NCBI GenBank assembly: GCA_947503345.1
Contig: CANNCW010000005.1
Coordinates: forward strand, 114,454 to 178,453
From: an uncultured Kangiella sp.
GTDB taxonomy: Bacteria; Pseudomonadota; Gammaproteobacteria; Enterobacterales; Kangiellaceae
Direction of reading: 5' to 3'
Length of the DNA stretch: 64,000 nt
Shown here: positions 49,301 to 58,513 of the stretch, piece by piece
Layout of the letters: each line of letters opens with the position of its first letter
Numbering within the stretch: the first letter of the stretch is position 1
The notes under the pieces: model-generated
Databases searched by the model: none
What the model saw: only the letters and a program-made list of their open reading frames with translations
Told to the model about the DNA's origin: nothing
Program-made: the position numbers and the translations under genes

Positions 49301-50917
49301 ATGAGCATTAAACAAATTTTCTTTCTGGCTTTACTCACACTCCTTCAATCATGCGTTTTACCTACTAAAATACCTGGGAATGACGAAAGTTCTTTTGTTT
49401 GTAATAAAATTAAACCTTTAATTATAAATGTCAGAACAGATACTAAAAAAAAGAGCTCTTGTCTAAATCATGAAAAGGCTTCTGCTTGTATAGCAAATAG
49501 AATCCAAGACTATTATTCTAAAAACAATTCAAGTTGCTTAAAAGCAGTCGATATTTATATGCCAGGCACCAGTGCTGAAGATGGTAATTACAACCAATTC
49601 AACTCAATGTTTAACCGTCGTAATAATCGAGCCCATATCAGTATCAAATATGAAAATTCAACTCTTCACGATCGAAGTTTCTACGATAAAAGTGTCATAA
49701 ACGGAACTAAAGCATTAAAAGCTGTATTGAACGCTATCAAAGAGAAAATGCCAAAAACGCAAAAAGTTAGAGTTTTCGGTCATAGTAAAGGTGCTCATAT
49801 TGTTTCTCATGTATCGACTCGATACCAAAACGATGATTTATTTAAATTCTGGGCTTTTGCGCAACCAGGGCGAACCAAGGTTCCCATTACAAAAAACAAA
49901 GGCAGTTTTACAGGACCATTGGGCCAATACGGCTACATTCAGAAGCATAATAATAACTTGGTCTCGATAAGTTGGTTGAATGACGAAGTAAAGCTCTACA
50001 CTGGCGATAAATATAATGGAGCTATGGTTCCACAAGCTTGGGAATATCCTGGCTACATCAATGACAAAAGCACACGGAAAGGTAATGTATTGGACAATCG
50101 AATTGATCACCATGATACCTATGGCGGTGATAGCGAAAAAGTTGGTAAAAATCGCTTAAATAAGGATGCACCATATTTAGCAACCGGTGATGACTCAGCC
50201 TATGGCAAGAGCGTAAAAAAGAGGTATAAGCCTTATTTTTGGCGCGATCGCAAATGCCGTGACTTGGCATGGCAAGCAATGGAGGCCAGCGAGTTTACTC
50301 ACTATATTGGCACATCAGGCCCAAGAGGTTCAAACTGTCAGCCAAGAGCAGCACAAGCAGTGACTGTAAAAATTCGTTATTTGATGCAGCGAAATAATTT
50401 AAAGAACGAAATCGATTTTAGGCTGGTATTTGATAGCTACAACGAAGATGGGCATGGACAAAAGATTGCTCAAGTCAATATTCCTCGCGCCAAAAAATCT
50501 CAAAAGGAATGGCAAGAACTTACAGTAGATTTGCAACTACCCGACACGTTCAATTTGCGTATTCAGCCCATAGCACCAAAAGGTAACAATGGCTCCAATA
50601 ACACTATTCATATCGCTTGGATAAAAGTTTCAAATATAAAAGATGAAACCTTTAAAAAGCGCAAAAGCCAATTTATTGTTGGTCCCAACAACGGAGCTTT
50701 TGAAGGTCAAGACCATCAGAAAAATTTAGCAGGAGCGAATAAGTCTGGTTGGAAAAAGCATGCGAGCGACAACTCAAATTGGAAACTCTATAAATCTAGA
50801 GAAAGTGCAAAGTTACCGGGTTCAAAAAAGAAGAAAACCCATGAAACTTTAAAATTCGTTGGCGATGGAGATGATGGACAAGAAGGTTTTTATAAACCTG
50901 TCTCCCTACTAGATTAA
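49301..50917 (+). CDS. Lipoprotein with an alpha/beta-hydrolase-like GHSKG motif and an unknown C-terminal domain
   Basis: Lipobox LQSC; IYMPGT; RVFGHSKGAH nucleophile elbow; several Cys; Lys-rich. Confidence 0.6.
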   Translation: MSIKQIFFLALLTLLQSCVLPTKIPGNDESSFVCNKIKPLIINVRTDTKKKSSCLNHEKASACIANRIQDYYSKNNSSCLKAVDIYMPGTSAEDGNYNQFNSMFNRRNNRAHISIKYENSTLHDRSFYDKSVINGTKALKAVLNAIKEKMPKTQKVRVFGHSKGAHIVSHVSTRYQNDDLFKFWAFAQPGRTKVPITKNKGSFTGPLGQYGYIQKHNNNLVSISWLNDEVKLYTGDKYNGAMVPQAWEYPGYINDKSTRKGNVLDNRIDHHDTYGGDSEKVGKNRLNKDAPYLATGDDSAYGKSVKKRYKPYFWRDRKCRDLAWQAMEASEFTHYIGTSGPRGSNCQPRAAQAVTVKIRYLMQRNNLKNEIDFRLVFDSYNEDGHGQKIAQVNIPRAKKSQKEWQELTVDLQLPDTFNLRIQPIAPKGNNGSNNTIHIAWIKVSNIKDETFKKRKSQFIVGPNNGAFEGQDHQKNLAGANKSGWKKHASDNSNWKLYKSRESAKLPGSKKKKTHETLKFVGDGDDGQEGFYKPVSLLD

Positions 50918-51062
50918 GGTTACCTCCATCGAACAAATAACAACATATGATAGTCCAAGTAAAACAAAAGTTGCTTCTAACAAAAGTATGACAAGCTTAT
51001 TTGTAACTATTAACGGCTTGGACTCCTCATTATATTAAATAACTAATTTTGGACATGTCGAC

Positions 51063-51749
51063 ATGCTAAAAAAAATCTTTTTCCCTATGCTTTTGTTATC
51101 TTTTTGCATGGATATCTACTCAGATGATAATGTTCTTGTAAAACGAATACCAACAAAGGAAGATGCAGCTTATGCAATGTCTCTATACAAGTCTAAAAAA
51201 TATAAGCAGGCAAAAAAAATATACACATCTCTTGCAAAAATTGGAGATAATCATGCTCAGTATATGTTATCAATTTTATCTTTTCACGGATTAGGGGAAG
51301 CTAAAAATCCTATAAAAGCTTATGGATGGGCAAAATTATCGCAAAATAGTCAAATAAGTGCTTTACAGAAAAACTTCAAGAAAATTAAACACTCTTTATC
51401 TCAGGAAGAAATTAAATATGGAGAGAAACTTTATAAAGAGCTTGAATCAAAATTTAGTGATTTGGTGATAGCTAATAGATATAGTCAGTTATTTGAAGAC
51501 AAAACACTTGAGTGTACTGGTTCACGCATAAAAGGAAACTGCGGGAATATTCAAATCAACTGTGGCGGCGTTAGAAGCCATGAAGGTATCATAATCCCTT
51601 TAACGAAGAAAAATGAAGTTAAATGTATTAAACAAAAATTTGATATGAATATAGTTAAAATAGAGCACAGTAAAGATAGTCAAAAAATAGTAGCTGACTA
51701 TATTGAAAAAAAATACACTCCTCTTGTAACTGTTGAAAAAGAACAATGA
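51063..51749 (+). CDS. Secreted Sel1-like repeat protein, paralogue A
   Basis: Signal peptide; LAKIGDNHAQYMLS...HGLG..KN..KAYGW; CTGSRIKGNCG. Confidence 0.75.
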   Translation: MLKKIFFPMLLLSFCMDIYSDDNVLVKRIPTKEDAAYAMSLYKSKKYKQAKKIYTSLAKIGDNHAQYMLSILSFHGLGEAKNPIKAYGWAKLSQNSQISALQKNFKKIKHSLSQEEIKYGEKLYKELESKFSDLVIANRYSQLFEDKTLECTGSRIKGNCGNIQINCGGVRSHEGIIIPLTKKNEVKCIKQKFDMNIVKIEHSKDSQKIVADYIEKKYTPLVTVEKEQ

Positions 51750-51827
51750 TTTTGCACTGCAAATCACTTCTTTTACTATATACCTAACAAATAAATTAGG
51801 TGAAATTATTTTTTTAAGGGCATAACC

Positions 51828-52508
51828 ATGAACAAAAACATATTTTTTATAATACTATTTTTACTCTCAACCCAAGCATTACTCGCAGGAAAAGAAGAAC
51901 CTTACATTCCATCTAAAAAGGATCCTGCAACAGCGATGAAGCATTACCAAAACAGTCAATTTGACAAAGCTTTGGACTTATATAAGAAACTAGCCAAGTC
52001 AGGTGATAAGCATGCGCAGTATATGCTTTCAATAATTTATTACCATGGCTATGGAGTAGACAAAGATATTATAGAATCCTTTGCATGGTCAAAACTATCT
52101 ACAGAGACTCAAGTTAATGCTTTTGAAAACAATTACAAGTTCATAAGTCAAAATATTGCGGACAACTTGAAAACTACTGCCCTGTCTAGATACGAAGAAA
52201 TATACCGCAATTACAACGACTTAGCTGTAGCAAGAAGATACCGATTAATATTCAATAAAGAGTTGCCTATGTGCACAGGCTCTAGAATACGTGGTAACTG
52301 CGGAAATGTTAAAGCTTCTTGCAACGGGATTGGGAATCTTTCTTTAAATGCTCAAAGTGAAGAAAGATGTAAAGAATATGCAAAGAAGTTAGACCCTTTC
52401 TACATTGCTAGAATTAAAGAAAGTTCAGAGCAAGTTCGAGAATATATCCTAGAAAAGTCCAACCCTACGGTAACTATCAGTGAAACGGAAAAAGAAGCAA
52501 ATCCATAA
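51828..52508 (+). CDS. Secreted Sel1-like repeat protein, paralogue B
   Basis: Signal peptide; LAKSGDKHAQYMLS...HGYGVDKD..ESFAW; CTGSRIRGNCG. Confidence 0.75.
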   Translation: MNKNIFFIILFLLSTQALLAGKEEPYIPSKKDPATAMKHYQNSQFDKALDLYKKLAKSGDKHAQYMLSIIYYHGYGVDKDIIESFAWSKLSTETQVNAFENNYKFISQNIADNLKTTALSRYEEIYRNYNDLAVARRYRLIFNKELPMCTGSRIRGNCGNVKASCNGIGNLSLNAQSEERCKEYAKKLDPFYIARIKESSEQVREYILEKSNPTVTISETEKEANP

Positions 52509-52590
52509 TTAACATTGAAGTAATTAATTAATAACAGTAATATTCTCCCCGATAATTACATTCTAAGAATTTTAAAATTAGGGGAGAATA

Positions 52591-53508
52591 ATGAGAAACT
52601 ATATTTTTATATTCGTTTTGATGTCTACTTTTCTGACTGGTTGCAAAACACTCGCGCCAATACCTGAAAATTTAACTTTAAACAAGAACTATATCAGCAC
52701 AAAAACAACATACCCAGTTATTGTTAACGGAGTCAGTTCTTTCGATGGTATGCCATCACCTTATTATGACTCAGGGTTGGCATCATCAATGTCTGCTCAA
52801 TATTCCGTATCTCACGGTCTTTACGGTGGTCTCGTTGCCGGCTTAGCGGCGGGATTAATTGCTGGAGCTGAGCAAGAGAATTATTTTAAAAAGATGGATT
52901 ACTTTCTAAGGCCTGTTATAAATTCTTATGAAAATAGAGATTTAACTAAAGAAGTGGCTGATACTATCCTACCCGTACTTAATAATCAGTCATGGGTAAG
53001 CACCCAATTAGCAAGTCCAGAGCAAAAAGTTGATGGTTTTTTAGAGCAACCTCATATAGTTATTACATCAAGAAGATATTTTACTGATGAATTTAGAGGC
53101 TTGTTTCTGTTAGCTACAGTGGAAATCTTTAATCCAAATTCTCAAATGGATCCATCTACTAAAGACTTCCGGTTGAAACCTATTTTCAAAAAAACTGTAA
53201 AATATCAAACACCGTTACTTGAAGAACCCATTAAAACTCAAGAGTCTATAGATTCGGAAGTAGTAAAAATTAAAAAGGAATTCGAAAACTTAACTGCGAA
53301 ACAAAAAAGAAATAACTACTATCGAACTTTAAAAAATGAGAAGCTTAGTAAAGCTCGTCGCTCTAAATTTACTCAAGATGAAAGAAGCGATTTTTTAAGA
53401 GAGCAATGGCTTGCCAATGATAAACAGCTATTGGACGATGCTATCTTAAAAGTTCGTCAGGATATAGAAACAGCAGTAAAACAAGGTTTATCGGAGACTA
53501 ACTTGTAA
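52591..53508 (+). CDS. Hypothetical lipoprotein with a glycine-zipper-like segment
   Basis: Lipobox LTGC; GLYGGLVAGLAAGLIAGA. Confidence 0.6.
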   Translation: MRNYIFIFVLMSTFLTGCKTLAPIPENLTLNKNYISTKTTYPVIVNGVSSFDGMPSPYYDSGLASSMSAQYSVSHGLYGGLVAGLAAGLIAGAEQENYFKKMDYFLRPVINSYENRDLTKEVADTILPVLNNQSWVSTQLASPEQKVDGFLEQPHIVITSRRYFTDEFRGLFLLATVEIFNPNSQMDPSTKDFRLKPIFKKTVKYQTPLLEEPIKTQESIDSEVVKIKKEFENLTAKQKRNNYYRTLKNEKLSKARRSKFTQDERSDFLREQWLANDKQLLDDAILKVRQDIETAVKQGLSETNL

Positions 53509-53523
53509 AAACTCGATATTTAA

Positions 53524-53548
53524 GTGTAGAGAATCAAAGTCTCTACAC
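53524..53548. terminator. Hairpin downstream of the lipoprotein gene
   Basis: GTGTAGAGA-7 nt-TCTCTACAC; no clear U tract. Confidence 0.35.
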
Positions 53549-53655
53549 CTTACATACCACTCACTAGTTGTTACAAATTTTTCGCATAGATAATAACCTT
53601 TATATGCTAATTTAGTTGTTGTAAATAAAGCAATTAACTACGAAAAGGATAACTT

Positions 53656-53991
53656 ATGAATTACGTTTATATCGGTATGGCAGGCCATGTAACCTGTATT
53701 GATAAATCCACTGGCAATGAAGTTTGGCGCACCAAAATCAAAAAAGGCAGTTCATTAACCAACCTTATTCGAGAAGGCAATCAAATCATCGCCTACTCCG
53801 GTGGCCATTTATTCGCCCTAAACGCACTCACTGGCGACATCCAATGGGAAAATGAACTTAAAGGTCTAGGTTACAGCTACTGCATTATCGCAGGCTCAGA
53901 TCAAACCTCAGGCGCATCTGCAAGCGCCGCCTCAGCTCAACAGGCAGCGGCTGCGGGTGGTGTTGTAGCAGCTACATCAGCCTCAACTTAA
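53656..53991 (+). CDS. Small PQQ-like beta-propeller repeat protein (two blades) with an Ala/Ser-rich tail
   Basis: GHVTCIDKSTGNEVW and GHLFALNALTGDIQW; SD AAGGA. Confidence 0.8.
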   Translation: MNYVYIGMAGHVTCIDKSTGNEVWRTKIKKGSSLTNLIREGNQIIAYSGGHLFALNALTGDIQWENELKGLGYSYCIIAGSDQTSGASASAASAQQAAAAGGVVAATSAST

Positions 53992-54037
53992 TTTCGCTTT
54001 ATAATCTAAAAGAGCAAATACTTGAAGGAAGATCATA

Positions 54038-54808
54038 ATGAAAAGATGTTGGGCTAGTACTCTTGGCAGGTGTGACACCATGTCAGGAGAGCACGTGATT
54101 AGCAGTGCCATTTTTAAAGCTGGTTGCTCCTGCCCAATTATCGTTGAAGGTGTACAAAGAATTCGTAATGGCGCTCCAACATATGGTGCGGAGAAATCAA
54201 ATATATTATGCCGTCATCACAATTCTCTTCTAAGCCCCCTTGATAGGGTTGCTGGAAAAGTAGCTTCTTTCCAAGCAGAATCTAACGAAGAAAACTTTGA
54301 AGACACTTTATATATTGAAGGTGAACTACTTGAACGTTGGCTGTTAAAAACTGTCGTGAATGCCGCCGCTGCAGGTTGGACGGGGTCAGCAAAGTGGCTT
54401 CCATCTGCTGAAATAGTGAATGCCATTTTTGGCAAACAAAAAGTCCCTAATGGTTATGGTCTATACAGTGTAGATGGTATCGATCCTAAACACCGTTCGT
54501 CTGGCGGTGCAAGCTTCATACCTATTCACTTGCCCACTTCCGAAGGAGCCATACTAGTGGGAGCCTACGTCAATGTCCACGGTATGCCTCTTTTTGCATC
54601 TTTTCACGACGACTTAGCACATAGGTTAGAAAGCGGTAGCATTCCGGAACTGTTAACACACTTTTCTGAAAGTGGGCTCAAACACTTATACCGCCCAGGA
54701 GCTATTGTAATAAACAGGCAAAAAGGGAAATCTGTAATTATAGGACTAAGCTGGGATGGTCTACTCAAATTCGCTGACGGTACTACAACAACTTTTCCCA
54801 GAGACTAA
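54038..54808 (+). CDS. HNH-endonuclease-like protein
   Basis: C-x7-C...SGEHVIS...ILCRHHNSLLSPLD resembles the HNH EH...CxxC/H-N core; C-terminal region unrecognised. Confidence 0.55.
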   Translation: MKRCWASTLGRCDTMSGEHVISSAIFKAGCSCPIIVEGVQRIRNGAPTYGAEKSNILCRHHNSLLSPLDRVAGKVASFQAESNEENFEDTLYIEGELLERWLLKTVVNAAAAGWTGSAKWLPSAEIVNAIFGKQKVPNGYGLYSVDGIDPKHRSSGGASFIPIHLPTSEGAILVGAYVNVHGMPLFASFHDDLAHRLESGSIPELLTHFSESGLKHLYRPGAIVINRQKGKSVIIGLSWDGLLKFADGTTTTFPRD

Positions 54809-54858
54809 AAGTAAACGAGCCTTTGAGTTAAGAGTATTTAACGAAGTTATTAGGGAGT

Positions 54859-56262
54859 TTATTTGCGCCCAAATGGTGGCATTCCGCCCGGTCCGCCCAT
54901 TCCACCCATACCTGGTGGTAACTTACCCTGCATACCGCGCATCATTTTCATCATGCCGCCTTTGCCTTTCATCTTTTTCATCATCTTTTGCATTTGAGTG
55001 AATTGCTTTAATAGACGATTAACATCTTGAATTTGTGTGCCTGAACCACCAGCGATACGTTTTTTACGAGAGCCTTTGATTAACTCTGGACGTGCGCGTT
55101 CTTTTGGGGTCATGGAATTGATAATAGCCATCATTTGACCAGTGGATTTATCGCCCATGGCTTTTTGCTTAACAGCATCTGGGATTTGCCCCATGCCTGG
55201 TAGCTTATCCATTAGAGATGCCATTCCACCCATGTTTTGCATCTGTACCAATTGTTCACGGAAGTCTTCAAGGTCAAAGCCTTTGCCTTTCATGATTTTC
55301 TTGGCAACTTTCTCAGCTTTTTTCTTATCGACGGTGCGCTCAACTTCTTCAATTAAACTTAGAACATCACCCATGCCTAAGATTCGAGAAGCAACACGCT
55401 CTGGGTGGAAAGGCTCTAATTGGTCAAGTTTTTCGCCCATACCAATAAACTTAATTGGTTTGCCAGTGATTTGTCGGATCGAAAGCGCCGCACCACCACG
55501 AGCATCACCATCCGCTTTAGTCAGAATTACACCCGTTAATGGCAAAGCATCATTAAAAGCTTTTGCGGTATTAGCAGCATCTTGACCTGTCATGGAATCA
55601 ACCACGAATAAAGTCTCGGTTGGATCAATCGCCGCATGTAATGCTTTAATCTCATCCATCATTTCTTCATCAACCGCTAGACGACCAGCGGTATCGATAA
55701 TGACCACATCCATAAAACTCTTACGAGCTTCTTCAATCGCGTTTTTAGCAATATCTACTGGCTTTTGCTCAACATTACTTGGGAAGAAAGTAGCGCCTAC
55801 TTCACCAGCAACAGTTTCAAGCTGTTTAATTGCCGCAGGACGATAAACGTCTGCCGAAGCGACCATCACTGACTTCTTCTCACGATTAATTAATAAATGC
55901 GAAAGTTTACCCGCAGAAGTGGTTTTACCCGCACCTTGCAAACCTGCCATTAAAATTACGACAGGAGGTTTAGCGGCTAAGTTGAGAGAGTCATTCTCCT
56001 CACCCATGGCTTTAACCATTTCATCATTAACGATTTTGATGAACTCTTGGCCAGGATCGAGCGCTTTACCAACAACCGTACCAACCGCCCTTTCTTTAAC
56101 CGCGCCAACAAATTCGCGCACAACTGGCAAGGCAACATCCGCTTCCAAAAGCGCCATACGGACTTCACGAAGCGTCTCTTTGATATTGTCTTCAGTAATT
56201 TTAGCTTTGCCTTGAATGGCCTTTAGCGCGCCAGAAAGACGATCACTTAAACTTTCAAACAT
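54859..56262 (-). CDS. ffh: Signal recognition particle protein Ffh
   Basis: LLEADV, GLQGAGKTT, DTAGR, TKADGDARGG, M-domain SMTPKER. Confidence 0.99.
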   Translation of the reverse strand: MFESLSDRLSGALKAIQGKAKITEDNIKETLREVRMALLEADVALPVVREFVGAVKERAVGTVVGKALDPGQEFIKIVNDEMVKAMGEENDSLNLAAKPPVVILMAGLQGAGKTTSAGKLSHLLINREKKSVMVASADVYRPAAIKQLETVAGEVGATFFPSNVEQKPVDIAKNAIEEARKSFMDVVIIDTAGRLAVDEEMMDEIKALHAAIDPTETLFVVDSMTGQDAANTAKAFNDALPLTGVILTKADGDARGGAALSIRQITGKPIKFIGMGEKLDQLEPFHPERVASRILGMGDVLSLIEEVERTVDKKKAEKVAKKIMKGKGFDLEDFREQLVQMQNMGGMASLMDKLPGMGQIPDAVKQKAMGDKSTGQMMAIINSMTPKERARPELIKGSRKKRIAGGSGTQIQDVNRLLKQFTQMQKMMKKMKGKGGMMKMMRGMQGKLPPGMGGMGGPGGMPPFGRK

Positions 56263-56441
56263 TCGATTTCCTCAAACCTAGGAGCCGCAAGCTTGTTTGG
56301 GCTATTTTTACTAGGGGTATATTTATAATTCAATTGAGCGCATTATAGCGGATCATTAGTAATTTTGTGATACTATTTACGCTAATCGGATTTCTAATAA
56401 TCCCACGGACAAAACCACTAAGAATACAACAAGTTAACGCA

Positions 56442-57239
56442 ATGTCACCAAGCATAAACATTATCAGCGCGCTGGCCTATTTAGCTCTTATGGGCTTTTT
56501 TGCCAATCGGTTAAAACACCCAGAGCAAAATTTACCTTCTTGGAGTAAGTTTTTACCATTTATTCCAATGGGCCTTCATCTCTATTCTCTCTATTTAGCA
56601 ATAGAAACAGGCGCTGGACAAAATTTATCCTTATTCAACTTGTTATCTTTAATTGCTTTTATTTCAGTATTAATTATAGCTTTATATCGCTTTCGGTATC
56701 AGGCTCCCCATTTAATGTTATACATAGCTCTATTTGCAGCATTAAGCCTATTCGCTAGTTTAATTCCGCATCAAGAGAAAATTCTCAGTTTGTCGGGCGA
56801 TACCATTGGCATTACTCATATTTGGCTAGCCATTATCAGTTTCAGTTTATTACTTATGGCATCGGTACAAGCCATGCTAGTTTTAGTCCTCAATAAAAAA
56901 CTCAGAAGCCAACCAGCAAAGATACACCCACTAATGCCCCCATTATTACAAATGGAACGGTTTAATTTTGATTTGGTATTAATTGGTGTTATTTGTTTAA
57001 CCTTTGCATTGGGGTTAGGATTTTTCTTACCCGCTGAGGTCATAAAAGCACAAGCTTTACATAAAATCATTCTGACGCTAATTGCCTGGTTCAGCTTCTG
57101 TACATTTATCTTCATGTATAAAAGCTCAAAAATTAGTGGCATTCAATTTGCACGCTACACCCTAATGGCTTTTACATTATTAGCACTGGGTTTTGTCGGT
57201 AGCAAACTAGTCATAGAAATCATTTTACAAAGAGGCTAA
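56442..57239 (+). CDS. ypjD: Cytochrome c assembly family inner-membrane protein YpjD
   Basis: Multi-TM; HIWLAI.S.S, MPPL..MER..F, HKIIL; divergent from ffh; start set at ATG 56442. Confidence 0.85.
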   Translation: MSPSINIISALAYLALMGFFANRLKHPEQNLPSWSKFLPFIPMGLHLYSLYLAIETGAGQNLSLFNLLSLIAFISVLIIALYRFRYQAPHLMLYIALFAALSLFASLIPHQEKILSLSGDTIGITHIWLAIISFSLLLMASVQAMLVLVLNKKLRSQPAKIHPLMPPLLQMERFNFDLVLIGVICLTFALGLGFFLPAEVIKAQALHKIILTLIAWFSFCTFIFMYKSSKISGIQFARYTLMAFTLLALGFVGSKLVIEIILQRG

Positions 57240-57242
57240 TCC

Positions 57243-58511
57243 TTGGAAACATTGTCCACTGGCACCCTGTTTATCTTCTTAGGAATATTGCTACTGCTTT
57301 CTGCATTTTTCTCAAGCTCAGAGACGGGCATGATGTCGCTTAATCGTTACCGACTTCGTCACCAAGCAAAACAGGGTAATAACAAAGCCAAACGTGTATC
57401 GGAAATGCTTAAACGCCCTGATAAATTATTGGGATTGATATTGCTCGGCAATAATATTGTTAATATTTTAGCTTCTGCTATTGCCACTGTGATAGCTATT
57501 CGCTTTTGGGGTGAAGGCGGAATTTTTGCCGCGACCTTAATGCTGACATTTGTGGTGTTGATTTTTGCCGAAGTCACTCCAAAAACACTTGCTGCACTTT
57601 TTCCTGAAAAGATAGCTTTCTTCGCAGCACCCACTTTAAATTTCCTAGCCAGCATATTCTATCCTGCGGTAAAACTAATCAACTTTTTATCTAACGGGAT
57701 CTTGCGTATGTTCGGCGTTAAACCCGAAGATAACTCCGGAGACCAACTAAGCCAAGATGAGTTGCGCAGTGTGGTTAACGAAGCTGGCGCACTGATACCG
57801 AGCCGTCACCAACATATGTTGCTAAGCATATTAGATCTGGAAAAAGTCTCTGTTGATGACATTATGGTGCCAAGGAATGAAATTGCAGGAATTGATTTAG
57901 ATGATGATATCGAATTTATTTTTGAGCAAATTCGCAATTCCATTCATACTCGCTTATTAGTCTTTAGGGAAGATGTGGATCAAGTACAAGGATTTTTGCA
58001 CGCCCGAAATTTTGGTCGTGTATTAGAAACTGAAGACCCAAAGCCTGAAGATTTATTGGAGCATTTAGATCCTATCTATTATGTACCCCAAGGAACTCCA
58101 CTACACACTCAGTTAATGAAATTTCAACGTAAACGTGATCGAGTTGGCTTAGTAGTCGATGAATATGGGGATATTGAAGGTCTAGTAACTCTAGATGATA
58201 TTCTTGAAGAAATCGTTGGTGATTTTACGACTGAGATATCTGCGATAAATAAAGAAGTTCAGCCACAACAAGACGGCTCTTTATTAGTGGATGCAACCAT
58301 TACTATTCGAGATCTAAATCGCTCCACTAAGTGGCAATTACCAACTGAAGGCCCAAAGACCTTAAATGGTTTAATTACCGAACATTTAGAAGCAATTCCT
58401 CAATCGGGAACCTGTGTTCGATTACACGGCTACCCGATGGAAGTTTTACAAGTGAAGGATAATTTAATTAAAAGTGTCCGCATCATTCCTAACTTATACC
58501 AAGTGCAATAA
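57243..58511 (+). CDS. CNNM/HlyC-CorC family transporter (YfjD-like)
   Basis: SAFFSSSETGMMSLNRYRL, LGNNIVNI, EVTPK, CBS pair, VVDEYGDIEGLVTLDDILEEIVG. Confidence 0.92.
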   Translation: METLSTGTLFIFLGILLLLSAFFSSSETGMMSLNRYRLRHQAKQGNNKAKRVSEMLKRPDKLLGLILLGNNIVNILASAIATVIAIRFWGEGGIFAATLMLTFVVLIFAEVTPKTLAALFPEKIAFFAAPTLNFLASIFYPAVKLINFLSNGILRMFGVKPEDNSGDQLSQDELRSVVNEAGALIPSRHQHMLLSILDLEKVSVDDIMVPRNEIAGIDLDDDIEFIFEQIRNSIHTRLLVFREDVDQVQGFLHARNFGRVLETEDPKPEDLLEHLDPIYYVPQGTPLHTQLMKFQRKRDRVGLVVDEYGDIEGLVTLDDILEEIVGDFTTEISAINKEVQPQQDGSLLVDATITIRDLNRSTKWQLPTEGPKTLNGLITEHLEAIPQSGTCVRLHGYPMEVLQVKDNLIKSVRIIPNLYQVQ

Positions 58512-58513
58512 TT

